Of a DNA stretch of 64,000 bases, positions 28,043-38,270 are shown piece after piece. The notes beneath the pieces are model-generated. The model did not search any database. It worked only from the letters and a program-made list of their open reading frames with translations, and had not been told where the DNA came from. Numbering within the stretch: the first letter of the stretch is position 1; each line of letters begins with the position of its first letter. The stretch spans positions 1 through 64,000 of the forward strand of contig JBCCQQ010000020.1 of the NCBI GenBank assembly GCA_039024555.1, written 5' to 3'. The DNA is from Cyanobacteria bacterium P01_D01_bin.156 (GTDB lineage: Bacteria; Cyanobacteriota; Cyanobacteriia; Phormidesmidales; Phormidesmidaceae). Both the position numbers and the translations under genes were made by a program.

Positions 28043-29053
28043 TCAAGCACTTTGCGCTACGTCACATGCCTTTAGTGCTAACTGAAAACCATCTCCTGCA
28101 GTCTTTGCTCTGACAAAATGCTTACAAAGCAGAAAGATACGGTTTATGAAATTAACATGCTTAAAATCATGTTCAGTATACATGATGTTGAGAAGCTGAT
28201 GCTCTAAGATTCTAGTATTTTCATCATTGTAGCTTGCAATTATTTTTGCCTTTTGAATCAGCTCTGAGCCGTGCCGATCCAAAAGGTAGCGTAGTATAGC
28301 CTGAGTGGCTTTATTGCATTTTGAGGGCGTAGCTAAACGGCCTGGCAATCTGCTACCGCGTCCCACTGATTTATAATCCCTAATAACAGTATATACGCTA
28401 CCAATACGAGCATCAAAATAGATAGGTTCAACGACCTTTAAACCTCTAAATATTTCTTGATACCAGCCATCCTGAACAGGAAAATCTCCAAGAGCAAAAT
28501 CTGTTTTGATATTTTCTGTATCCCAAAAAAGACCTCCGTTAGAAAGGCCTTCGCAGAAAAACATAGCAGCATGAACCTCTATCGGGCTGTAAACTCCTTG
28601 TTTGAACCATTTACCTCTTGTCGTTTCTCCAGTTGCCTGAGAAATACCGTTATCATCGTCATACCTAATCTCTTGATTCCTCAAAATAATATTGATATTT
28701 TCTTTTTGAAGTGTTTCTATGTTCTCCTTAATCATATTAGGGTATACATAATTATTATCTTCAATAGAAAATGCATATTTCCCACCCAACATACTTTTTG
28801 CCTGCAGGGAAAGATCAATATTCTTAGGCCCACCAATGTTTTTAGGATGTGGCTGATAGATAATCCTATCATCATGCAAATCGCTCACAACATCCTTCGC
28901 TTCCTGCTCAGGAGAATTATCAAAAACAATTGCCTTCCAACAAGGGTAGGTTTGATCTTTCAGGCTCTCTAGCACTCTTCTCAGAGTTTTTGGTCGCTTA
29001 TAGGTTGGTATTCTAACTTCACAAATAGGTAAAGTGTTGCTCTGGGAATTCAT
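28043..29053 (-). CDS. Glycosyltransferase family 2 (divergent)
   Basis: EVRIPTYKRP, VFDNSPE and IEDNN motifs; probable ATG 29053. Confidence 0.8.
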   Translation of the reverse strand: MNSQSNTLPICEVRIPTYKRPKTLRRVLESLKDQTYPCWKAIVFDNSPEQEAKDVVSDLHDDRIIYQPHPKNIGGPKNIDLSLQAKSMLGGKYAFSIEDNNYVYPNMIKENIETLQKENINIILRNQEIRYDDDNGISQATGETTRGKWFKQGVYSPIEVHAAMFFCEGLSNGGLFWDTENIKTDFALGDFPVQDGWYQEIFRGLKVVEPIYFDARIGSVYTVIRDYKSVGRGSRLPGRLATPSKCNKATQAILRYLLDRHGSELIQKAKIIASYNDENTRILEHQLLNIMYTEHDFKHVNFINRIFLLCKHFVRAKTAGDGFQLALKACDVAQSA

Positions 29054-30209
29054 ATCTATTTGAATTTGAAGGTAAATAGTTTGAAAATAGTTTCTAGAGA
29101 CTCTAAAACTATCAGGAGAAATCACACAATTCTCAATTTTGATATGGTCAACTACACTAGCGAGTATATTTTGCTTCTGAATGTGCTAACGATGGAACTT
29201 CTAAAGCGTTAGGCAAGTTACACTAACTTTCACATACTTGTTGTATTTTTCTTTTCACCCACATCCCTTATTACAAGTCGATATTACGTTTGCAGCAAAA
29301 ATTTTAGAAAGTTTGCAAATCCTTAAAGATGGTCAACTTTTATCGAGAAAAGATTATCGCTTTGTCGCCAAGATATGCACACCAAAAAATGCTATTTAAT
29401 TAGTAATTAGATAATTATAAATAACTTTGGAGATAAATCGTTAAAGCATTTATCTAACCCAATTCACAATACTGAACAGGCTTTGTCACATATTGATCTT
29501 GACGGTGAATTACCAAGAATATATTGCACAATGATTTTCTGTAAGAACCAGTCCCTAAAATAGCTACAAAGAAAGAACAGATTTTTTATCAAGAGAGATA
29601 CGGACTAAAAGTTCAAACTACTTTGATAGGATATCTTAATGGACTTCACTAGAGATGAAACCGCTATAAATTTTCAAATGAATGCTACCAGAACTGCAAA
29701 ACCAATTAAATTAACTTGAGCTTCAGCAGCACTTTAAATATTCCTGCATAAAACATTGAGCCGTCTAGATTTACATCTATTGACTTGATAGCTCCTGTTT
29801 ACCTTCAGCATTTGCAGAGACGCTATATCTTCTAACTGCGTTTGTTTTAGCCATCTTTCCATAGGTAAAAGTTTTTATAGTAATAAGATTCCCATCAGAT
29901 GTCATAGACTCAATATTGGCATATAGGTTTCCTTCGTTAACCAGATCAATTTATTAGCTACTTTAAGGTCTCATTTATTGAACTCCTTCTCTAAAAGCAA
30001 AATATTTTAGAAACTAATTAAAATAATCTATTCGAGCATTCTAACTATTCGAAGCAACAGAATAGTTGTTTAATCTTGACATAATCGAGTACATCCTAGT
30101 CTTATAACCTTGAGCTTATGAAAGGTTTTACAGTCTCATATCTTCAAATATGCTCAGGCTTAAGAACTTACACTTGTCGCAAAATTGGGATGCACCTGGC
30201 ACAGCCTTA

Positions 30210-31484
30210 CTAAGCATTTCTCATTTTCTCTAAGTGGTTAGCAACAATCGGAACAGGTGATAGGGAAGCCCAAATATAAAAGATCCAAGTGTCAAGTTGA
30301 AATAAATTACTCTCCGTTAAGTTGCTAAGAATCAAAAAAATAACAACAAGCACGGGGAAAATAGCATAGTTTTCTTTCGTTAGACGAACCATTTGTAAAG
30401 ATCTGATTGCAGCAATCAAAAAACTAGATATGAATAGAATTCCACCAATCCATCCTACAGATAGAAAAAGTTCAAAAAAGCCATTATGCGCATTAGGAAC
30501 AGCCCAACCTGCTACATCTCTAACGTAATCAGCTGGTCCTCCCACTGGCCCCCAAAAACCCTTATATCCATACCCAAGTAATGGTTTTTGCGAAATCATG
30601 TGCCATAAGGCAGGCCAAATTTCATCGCGTCCTGTTAAATCACTGCCCTTGCCAAAAAGTCCAAAAAAGGCATCAGCATTTGTCTGTATAAATAAAGAAA
30701 AACTACCTGCAATCAGAAGAATAAAACTAATTGCAATCACCATAGAACGATAACTGAGCTTTAAGATATTGCAAATAAGAAAGCTGACAATCATAACCAT
30801 GGTGGTTAGTATGCCGTTAGTAGAACCGGCCGCCAACACCAGAAAAATAGACAAGCACATACTAAGTCGCGTTAATAACACAGTTTTCCCCTTAAATAGA
30901 TTGGAATACTGAGCTACTAAAAGAATGCCAGTGGTTAAAGCCATCTGTGAGCCTAATTTATTTTTGTGCGTGTATACTCCCCGCCATGCTCCTGTATGCG
31001 GGGGCGCATGCATTATTCCATATTTTGGGAGTAACAAGCCAAAGACAAAACATAGAAAAACATTTATGCAAAGTGCAATGACTAAAAATCGCAATTGTTG
31101 CTTAATAGAAAAACCGACAGAGAAGAGAACTGCAAGCTCACTCACACCTATGAGGAGAATACTACGTCGCAGAGATATATTTGGATAACCTGACCATAAG
31201 TGTGAGAGAAAAATAATCAACATTAATCCTACGATCAAGACAAATTGAAGGTTGGATTTTAGCCGACTGGCTATAAGTTTCCATCTGAATAAAACAATGC
31301 TAGAGCATAGAGCGAATATCATCATGCTGAAGAGTGGAAGAATAGGACTACTCTGGCGATAAGTCACATCTACTAACTGCCCACCTCCAGCTCCATTTAC
31401 AAGTAAATTGATAGGGTTACCGATAAAAAACCATAGTGCAATACATACAAAAGCACATTCTAAATATCTTGGTACTCGAAGCAT
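30210..31484 (-). CDS. O-antigen ligase/Wzy-like polymerase
   Basis: Multi-TM; WRGVYTHKN, LTGRDEIW, PLLGYG and AHNG motifs. Confidence 0.88.
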   Translation of the reverse strand: MLRVPRYLECAFVCIALWFFIGNPINLLVNGAGGGQLVDVTYRQSSPILPLFSMMIFALCSSIVLFRWKLIASRLKSNLQFVLIVGLMLIIFLSHLWSGYPNISLRRSILLIGVSELAVLFSVGFSIKQQLRFLVIALCINVFLCFVFGLLLPKYGIMHAPPHTGAWRGVYTHKNKLGSQMALTTGILLVAQYSNLFKGKTVLLTRLSMCLSIFLVLAAGSTNGILTTMVMIVSFLICNILKLSYRSMVIAISFILLIAGSFSLFIQTNADAFFGLFGKGSDLTGRDEIWPALWHMISQKPLLGYGYKGFWGPVGGPADYVRDVAGWAVPNAHNGFFELFLSVGWIGGILFISSFLIAAIRSLQMVRLTKENYAIFPVLVVIFLILSNLTESNLFQLDTWIFYIWASLSPVPIVANHLEKMRNA

Positions 31485-31539
31485 ATACTCAGGTATTTTT
31501 AATCAAAAGAATGTCTACTTTAAATATTCTAGATAAGAG

Positions 31540-32481
31540 CTAAATACTAAACCTCAAAACACTAAATAACAGAAACCTAATATATAGGATTATGACCAAT
31601 GCAACCGTTTTCGGCTGTTTATACAAACTCTTCCAACTCTTGAATAATGCTCGATTTATAAGATGAATGCCTAGCGATGGTGACATTTTCAGACGAAGTG
31701 TTTGTCTTGCCCAATATTGTAAATGAGCAGCATGCGCTGCACAGTAATGCTCTTTAACTAAATGAGGAGCCGTTTTGCGTGCTTTCTCCATTAAGTCAAT
31801 CCAGCCGTCTTCCATTTTTTCAAGCTTTGATGACAAACCAGAATCGTGCGAACGATATTTAACGAGTACTTGATCTATCCCTACAATTTTCCATTTTTTT
31901 TTCAAGGCGATTCTAAAAAGAAGATCTATATCTTCAGAATAGTGAATTTTTTTATCAAATCCATCTATCTCTTTAAAGATAGATTTTCTAAGGACAATAT
32001 TTGATGTTGTAACAGTCGGATTAGTATAAAAAAAAGTCTGAGGTTGAATGTTATCAGTAATATTATTGGTAAATTTACCAGTAGTTCTTCCATCAAAATC
32101 CATTAATTCAACTCTGGCAAAGCTTACGCCTATATCCTGATCTATGTTCATGTAGTTAACATGAACTGATAGTTTATCCTTGAACCATATATCATCTGAG
32201 TCTAGAAATGCGACAAGTTCCGCTTTTGCCAGATCAACGCCTAAGTTACGCGCAGCAGAAACACCACTATTCTCCTGATTGACGAGGCGAATTCGCGCGT
32301 CTAACTGACAATATTTTTCGACAACCGCTGTAGTCTCATCGGTTGAGCCATCATTGATCACAATCAGCTCCCAGTCTTGATAGGTTTGTTCGAGGACAGA
32401 TCGAATTACTTCTGGTAGAAATTTGGCTGCATTATAAGCCGGAATAACAACAGAAATAGACGGGTTAATTTCCATAGTCAT
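31540..32481 (-). CDS. Glycosyltransferase family 2
   Basis: SVVIPAYN, INDGSTD and FLDSDD motifs. Confidence 0.92.
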   Translation of the reverse strand: MTMEINPSISVVIPAYNAAKFLPEVIRSVLEQTYQDWELIVINDGSTDETTAVVEKYCQLDARIRLVNQENSGVSAARNLGVDLAKAELVAFLDSDDIWFKDKLSVHVNYMNIDQDIGVSFARVELMDFDGRTTGKFTNNITDNIQPQTFFYTNPTVTTSNIVLRKSIFKEIDGFDKKIHYSEDIDLLFRIALKKKWKIVGIDQVLVKYRSHDSGLSSKLEKMEDGWIDLMEKARKTAPHLVKEHYCAAHAAHLQYWARQTLRLKMSPSLGIHLINRALFKSWKSLYKQPKTVALVIILYIRFLLFSVLRFSI

Positions 32482-32531
32482 ACATTAAGAAAATCTAAGG
32501 GCCAAGTTGTTGATCTTATTTGATAAACCGA

Positions 32532-33800
32532 TCAAGAGACTAAGAACTTCTCTTCGCTGCTTGATAATAGAGATTTTGAAACAAACAGGGTAAATAGGGG
32601 TAGAAGCAATAAATGAATGGCTAAGACAACTGCGGCAACTACAAATATATTGAATTGCGCAGCAATTACAATAGAAATAGCAAATGTTATTGTAAAAAAG
32701 ATATTCCACTTCAAACCATCACTACCACGATCCATAGCGAGCAGGAGCTGTTCTGAAACTAGGGCAAATGGTCTAGGCAGAGCTGATAGGCAAATCATAA
32801 TAAGAATGGGAATTGCTGGAATCCACTTCTCACTAAAAACAATAGGTACATAGATGGGAGCTAATGTGCTCTGTAACAAGACCAGGGGAAATATAATGGC
32901 GGCACAAGTTTTTAGACTCTGAATATAACTTTTTTTCAGTGCAGATAAATTTTCTCGCGCTTCACACAGGTACGGAAACACAGAGTTTGAGAGCATGTTA
33001 ATTGCTGTGAGACTTAACCCTAACCCTGCATTAAAGGCAAAAAAGTATAGCCCCAACTGGTCGACGCTGAACAATCGACCAATCAAGAGGTAGTCAATAT
33101 TTGATCTGAGGTAGTTTAGCATTTCAATCCCCAATGGATATTTGGAAAAATGAAATATGGATTGCCACCTTTCAAAGGTAACTTTTCCACTAGGACGCCA
33201 GGAGTGATTTTTTCTGTACACGATTAGCCAGCAGACCTGGGCACACAAAAGCGCAGTGACGATGCTCCAAATGCCCATGCCCATCAGGGCCAATATGAAT
33301 ATAAGTGATTGATTGACAAACGCACTGAGGGCTGTTGCGATCGCGCCAATCTTCAATTTATTCTCTCGACGTAGCAGCGCATCCTGGACCGCATAAAATG
33401 GATTGAAGAGATATACAGCACTCAGAACAACAATCGGCAAAACCAATTTTTCATTTTCATAGAAAAGCGCAATGGGAAACGCCAACAAACACTGCAGCAA
33501 AGAAAAAGAACCACATAGAACCCAGTTGGTCCAATAAGCCGTATTTGTTAAATCGTCAATCTCATCGTCACTGGCCTGTATTAATTTAGGTGCGATGCCA
33601 CCTTTGTGGATAAATACATGCGCAAAATCAATCAATGCGAACAGAATCGCCATCAGCCCGTATTCTTCAGTGCTGAATTGACGACCTAAAACAACAACAA
33701 TTGCAATCCGAATAACACGCCTAAAAATATGACTAGCAGTTAGCCAGCCCATATTTTTAACAAGTTTGTCAGAAAACAAGCGCTTAATTTTTTCTTGCAT
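32532..33800 (-). CDS. wzx: Polysaccharide flippase (Wzx/WzxC-like)
   Basis: Multi-TM; NIDYLLIGR...LGLYFFAFN; cluster context. Confidence 0.85.
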   Translation of the reverse strand: MQEKIKRLFSDKLVKNMGWLTASHIFRRVIRIAIVVVLGRQFSTEEYGLMAILFALIDFAHVFIHKGGIAPKLIQASDDEIDDLTNTAYWTNWVLCGSFSLLQCLLAFPIALFYENEKLVLPIVVLSAVYLFNPFYAVQDALLRRENKLKIGAIATALSAFVNQSLIFILALMGMGIWSIVTALLCAQVCWLIVYRKNHSWRPSGKVTFERWQSIFHFSKYPLGIEMLNYLRSNIDYLLIGRLFSVDQLGLYFFAFNAGLGLSLTAINMLSNSVFPYLCEARENLSALKKSYIQSLKTCAAIIFPLVLLQSTLAPIYVPIVFSEKWIPAIPILIMICLSALPRPFALVSEQLLLAMDRGSDGLKWNIFFTITFAISIVIAAQFNIFVVAAVVLAIHLLLLPLFTLFVSKSLLSSSEEKFLVS

Positions 33801-33966
33801 TACAGAAATAAGATAGGTCTCTTGATGAGATTAGTTAGCTATAGAAATAATATTTAATGGGTTCTAAGCTGGTCAGAGATAGCTTAGAACATTGCTGTAA
33901 AGGTCAAGATATGACAGAGGACTCCATTTTCAGAAGTGATAAACAGGGTCCTCTGTGAATCGTCAA

Positions 33967-35064
33967 TTATTCAAATACTCTCAGCAAAAAGTTTAACGGA
34001 TTCACTAAACGAGCTGCTAAATCTAAAACCGATCCACCTGTTGTTTTAGGAACAACAATAACATCACCATCTTGCACCTGATAGGTATCAACTAAATTAC
34101 GCAGATCGACTTCCTCTTGCACTACTTCACCTGTAGTGTCATCCATGCGCACAAAAGCGACTTCCTTAAGTCTGGCATCATCGGTTGGACCACCTGCGAT
34201 CGCAACTGCACTTGACAAAGAACTATTGGGCGGAACAGCAACTTCGCCAGGTCTTGTGACTTCCCCTACAACCCTCACCCGCACAGTATTGGGAGCCAAA
34301 CTAGACGATGCGAGCAACCTAGTATCAACAAGTTCTTCGCCATCTGTTAAACGGGGAACAAAAACAAGATCACCATCGCGCAATAACACATCTTCTGGTA
34401 ATGTGGCAGACCAGAGAGAATCCCACAGATTTACTTGCGTTCTTGAAGTCTCACCATTAGGCAATTCACGAATAATCGTAACATTTCGAATATCGGCTGT
34501 TCGACGAATTCCGCCTGCCTGCACTAATGCTTCACTAACGGATGGAGGAGCATAAGCAAAGTCATTATTATTATTACCGACAAAATTAGTTGTCTCTTGA
34601 AGCTCAAAAGGGCCTGGACGATAAACCTCTCCTGCAACATTGATTAGAATAGGACGCAGGGCGTTTAGCGTAACGGTAACAGACGGATTAACTAGAATAC
34701 GATTTAGAGTAGTAGTTAGCTCCTGGGTTAACTGCTCAGTGGTTTTTCCTGCAACAAAGATATTACCCACAATAGGTAACACGATCGAGCCATCCGGTAG
34801 AACTGATGTAGGCCCTGTATACTCTGGATAACCATAGACAGAAATATCGATGCGATCTCCAGGACCTAACAAGTAGGACGATGAAATGCTACTTCTGTTC
34901 AGAGTCCTGGCATCGGAAGCGTTAACACCAAACGGTAGGTCAGGTTGCGTGGATGGAGGAAGCTCTCGTAATGATTGGGCGCTTACAGATTTAGGTATGA
35001 CGCACACCAGTCCCAACATAATCGGCACTGTAGCGGCTAGTCGACTGTAGTTAAGCTGAATCAT
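33967..35064 (-). CDS. wza: Polysaccharide export protein with SLBB repeats
   Basis: YLLGPGDRIDISV, DGSIVLP and GEVTRPG motifs. Confidence 0.9.
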   Translation of the reverse strand: MIQLNYSRLAATVPIMLGLVCVIPKSVSAQSLRELPPSTQPDLPFGVNASDARTLNRSSISSSYLLGPGDRIDISVYGYPEYTGPTSVLPDGSIVLPIVGNIFVAGKTTEQLTQELTTTLNRILVNPSVTVTLNALRPILINVAGEVYRPGPFELQETTNFVGNNNNDFAYAPPSVSEALVQAGGIRRTADIRNVTIIRELPNGETSRTQVNLWDSLWSATLPEDVLLRDGDLVFVPRLTDGEELVDTRLLASSSLAPNTVRVRVVGEVTRPGEVAVPPNSSLSSAVAIAGGPTDDARLKEVAFVRMDDTTGEVVQEEVDLRNLVDTYQVQDGDVIVVPKTTGGSVLDLAARLVNPLNFLLRVFE

Positions 35065-35134
35065 AGAACAATAAAAGCTAGAGAATTATTGGATATATCT
35101 TTTGTAAGGTCTAGAAGCTGAACATCAATATGCT

Positions 35135-37360
35135 CTAGACACGATGATTAGCGTTAACTGCATGGCTATTATTAAAACTGCTAGGTGCATCGGCAAGCTG
35201 TGATGCCGTCACAGGAACATATGCCTGATTCTGGGAGAAATAGTGATCGGTCTTGCCCTTCACATTAATGCCATTAGCAACCAGACCTAGCACTTGTTGA
35301 CGAGCCTGCGTCAGCATAGCTTTAGTTGTCCGAATACTCTCTGCATCAGCCATTCCAGGTCTCATCACAAGCAAAATACCATCCGTTGCATGTCCTATGG
35401 TTAGGCTATCAGATAGCCCAATGATCGGCGGTGTATCAATGATCACATAGTTGTAAGTCTGCTCACAGGCCTGTATCAGGGAAGTCATGTACTCAGACCC
35501 TAAAATTGCCAATGGATCAAGTGGAATAACCCCAGCAGGCAAGATGTGGAAGTTGGGTTCCTTTACAACAATCACGTCCTGCAGGGAAAGCTCTCCAGTA
35601 GCAAAATTACTCAACCCTCTCATATTGGCAAGATCCCATACTTGGTGCTGCATGGGGCGGCGCAAATCAGCATCAACCAATAGTACCGAATGCCCCAAGT
35701 CCGCTAAAGTAACCGCTAAGTTAGCAGCAACCTCCGATTTTCCTTCCCCAGCGACTGCACTCGTTACTGTGATGGTCTGTACAGGTTTCTCTACATATGA
35801 AAACTTGAGATTAGCCTGTAAAGACTGATATGCCTGGCGAACAGTGTGAGGTTGAGTATCGTCTCGGACAACAATTTCAGGAATTTTCTTATCCTTCACA
35901 CCAAAATGTTTACAAGCTGGAATAACCCCTAGTAGAGGATACTCGTAAAGCTCTTGCCCCTCTTTCACTGTTTTAACAGAGCTATCCATGATGTCCGCTA
36001 AGAACGCTGCGATCACCCCTAACAAGACACCACCAAAGCAACCAGCCATTAGGAACAGCTTTAAGGATGGTCCAATAGATTCCTTAGGCAAAATTGCTGG
36101 TGAAATAACCCGGGCATTACCTGTATTTTGATTTTCTAGAACTTGGGCCTGTTGCAAGTTCTGTAGCAATGCTTCGTAGGTAGTTTGGGCTACTGCCAAA
36201 CGTCGTTCCAATTCACGCTGCTGTCTTTCAAAGACAGGAATCAACCTAGCCCGACTTTGTTGCTGAGAGATGGCAGTCGCCAGTTGTTCAACCTGCTGTT
36301 GAAAACCAGATTGTTCACTCTCAAGCCGAATAAAGTCTGCAATTAGCTCTTGCTCTAGCTGACCTGCCTGCAAATCATCTACAGGGAGAGTCAGCTGATT
36401 GGCGCCTAAAGTGATCCCAATACGTTCTTGGAGTAATGACTGTAATGCGGCTTCTTGGTCACGGATGCTAACTACCTCAGGATGCTCCTCTCGATACCGC
36501 GTGCGTGCCACTGCCAAATTAGCTTGGACGGTTTGCAGCTGCTCTAAAGCATCCTGAACACCAGGGGATTCATTAATCAGACCAACGGTGTAAGCTTCTT
36601 GAGGATTTAGATTTAACTTTTGTTGGATTTGAGATACCTGGGCAGTGCGATCAGCAAATTGCGATTGCAACTGTATTAGGTTATTTTCCAGTGAAAAGAG
36701 GGAGTCTACGAGGTTAGTAGACTCCTCCTCAAGATTGACAATACCGTTGGTTTCTTTAAATCGGCGTAGAGCAGATTCTGCATCCCCTACAGCAGACTCT
36801 GACTCGGGTAACTGGGCACTAAGAAATTCCTGTGCAGCAACAGCGGCAGCTCGATTGGCCTGAATATCATTTTGAATATAAATCTCCGTGATCGAATTAA
36901 CAACGGTTTTAGCTAATTCCGGATCGGGAGCGGCATAGGTGACTCGAAGTACGTCGGTTCCTGGGATACCCGTCACAGTTAGCTGTTTGAGGAGATCTTC
37001 AGGGGTTAATGGCTCACCGTCATCATCTGTCAAACCCAGCTTTTCAATGACCTCTTGGGCAATGGGTACTGAACGAAAAACCTCGATCTGGGTATCCAGA
37101 GGGTTATCGATATTGGTCAGGGCTCTAAGTTCACGGCTAGCACCCTCTAAACCAACTAGAGAAGATGTTTGGTTGGACAATTCAAATAAGAGCTTTGCCT
37201 CAGCCTGATACTCTTCCTCCTGAGTAATGCCAACACCCACAGCAGCAGACGTCGCTAGGCCAAATACGGTGAAGAGAATCAGCCAACGACGCTTGAGAAC
37301 CTGCAAATACTTGTGTATATCTATCTCAATTTCTGGAATAGAGTTATCTTTAGATGCCAT
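35135..37360 (-). CDS. wzc: Polysaccharide co-polymerase / BY-kinase (GumC/Wzc)
   Basis: Two TM segments flanking a coiled coil; GEGKS, VDADLRRP and IIDTPP motifs. Confidence 0.9.
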   Translation of the reverse strand: MASKDNSIPEIEIDIHKYLQVLKRRWLILFTVFGLATSAAVGVGITQEEEYQAEAKLLFELSNQTSSLVGLEGASRELRALTNIDNPLDTQIEVFRSVPIAQEVIEKLGLTDDDGEPLTPEDLLKQLTVTGIPGTDVLRVTYAAPDPELAKTVVNSITEIYIQNDIQANRAAAVAAQEFLSAQLPESESAVGDAESALRRFKETNGIVNLEEESTNLVDSLFSLENNLIQLQSQFADRTAQVSQIQQKLNLNPQEAYTVGLINESPGVQDALEQLQTVQANLAVARTRYREEHPEVVSIRDQEAALQSLLQERIGITLGANQLTLPVDDLQAGQLEQELIADFIRLESEQSGFQQQVEQLATAISQQQSRARLIPVFERQQRELERRLAVAQTTYEALLQNLQQAQVLENQNTGNARVISPAILPKESIGPSLKLFLMAGCFGGVLLGVIAAFLADIMDSSVKTVKEGQELYEYPLLGVIPACKHFGVKDKKIPEIVVRDDTQPHTVRQAYQSLQANLKFSYVEKPVQTITVTSAVAGEGKSEVAANLAVTLADLGHSVLLVDADLRRPMQHQVWDLANMRGLSNFATGELSLQDVIVVKEPNFHILPAGVIPLDPLAILGSEYMTSLIQACEQTYNYVIIDTPPIIGLSDSLTIGHATDGILLVMRPGMADAESIRTTKAMLTQARQQVLGLVANGINVKGKTDHYFSQNQAYVPVTASQLADAPSSFNNSHAVNANHRV

Positions 37361-38270
37361 TGAACCTCATTGGGGAAAGGAACGAACTACGACGAGAAAA
37401 TAGCTTTATTGAATTAGCAGTCAGAAGCGATGTCTGAACCTGAATTCACATGTATAAATTTCAATAATTGGTTCTGCTGCTTACTTAGGTAAAAATTCAG
37501 GACCTGTTAAAACCACCTAAACCAGTACAAACACTTACAATTCACACTTTAGAAAATACAAATTCCCTCAAGTACCATCTACAAAGTTGTACCTATCATT
37601 TCAAGTAAATCAGCAACTAACCGTGATCATTTAGGGAGGACATGAGAACTTTATGGCACCTGCTGATTTTCTAAAAAGCCTATAAAGGTAAGTTGATATC
37701 ACAGCAATTCCTTCAAACCCATCTATCCAAATCCCGAGTTAATCGCAGCTCACTGTAACCAGTAGACGACTTCGTAGCAGAGCAATGTTTCTAGGGCCCG
37801 CAAAAAATTTATAGGGATGACCAAATTAGTAAAGTTTCTACCAAGAAGTCTTTTTATTGCACGAAAATAATAATCTGCCAGCTATTAAATTTGAGTTCAA
37901 TGCAATACCAGTCAAGACTTCAGAACACTAAGGTCTGGAAATTTACCGAGGGATACGTTGAACAATTTGAAGTCTGGATATTGCTACAGGCTGTTGGTAT
38001 AAACTTATTAAAGGTAACGGCTAACCTAGCTCTCTTCTGCACAACCCTGTAGAGGGTTTAGGTTAAAAATGTCGCAACATCGTGAAGAACGTTATTTATA
38101 GATATCCTTTCTCCTCGCTAGAACCTCTAAGATCCGTCCTTAACTTTCCCTGTTTACAAGGTATTCTCACGTCAGTGATAGTATTTTGCACTGGCTCAAC
38201 TAATACCAGTGTTTGCGCAATTTTACTGGTATTTTATCGGGCTCGTCGTAAGGCGATTTAGCGGACGAAC

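Noticed and set aside
28457..28972. 171-aa plus-strand ORF and the other antisense or overlapping ORFs in the track
   Set aside because: Shadow frames of well-supported genes with no motifs
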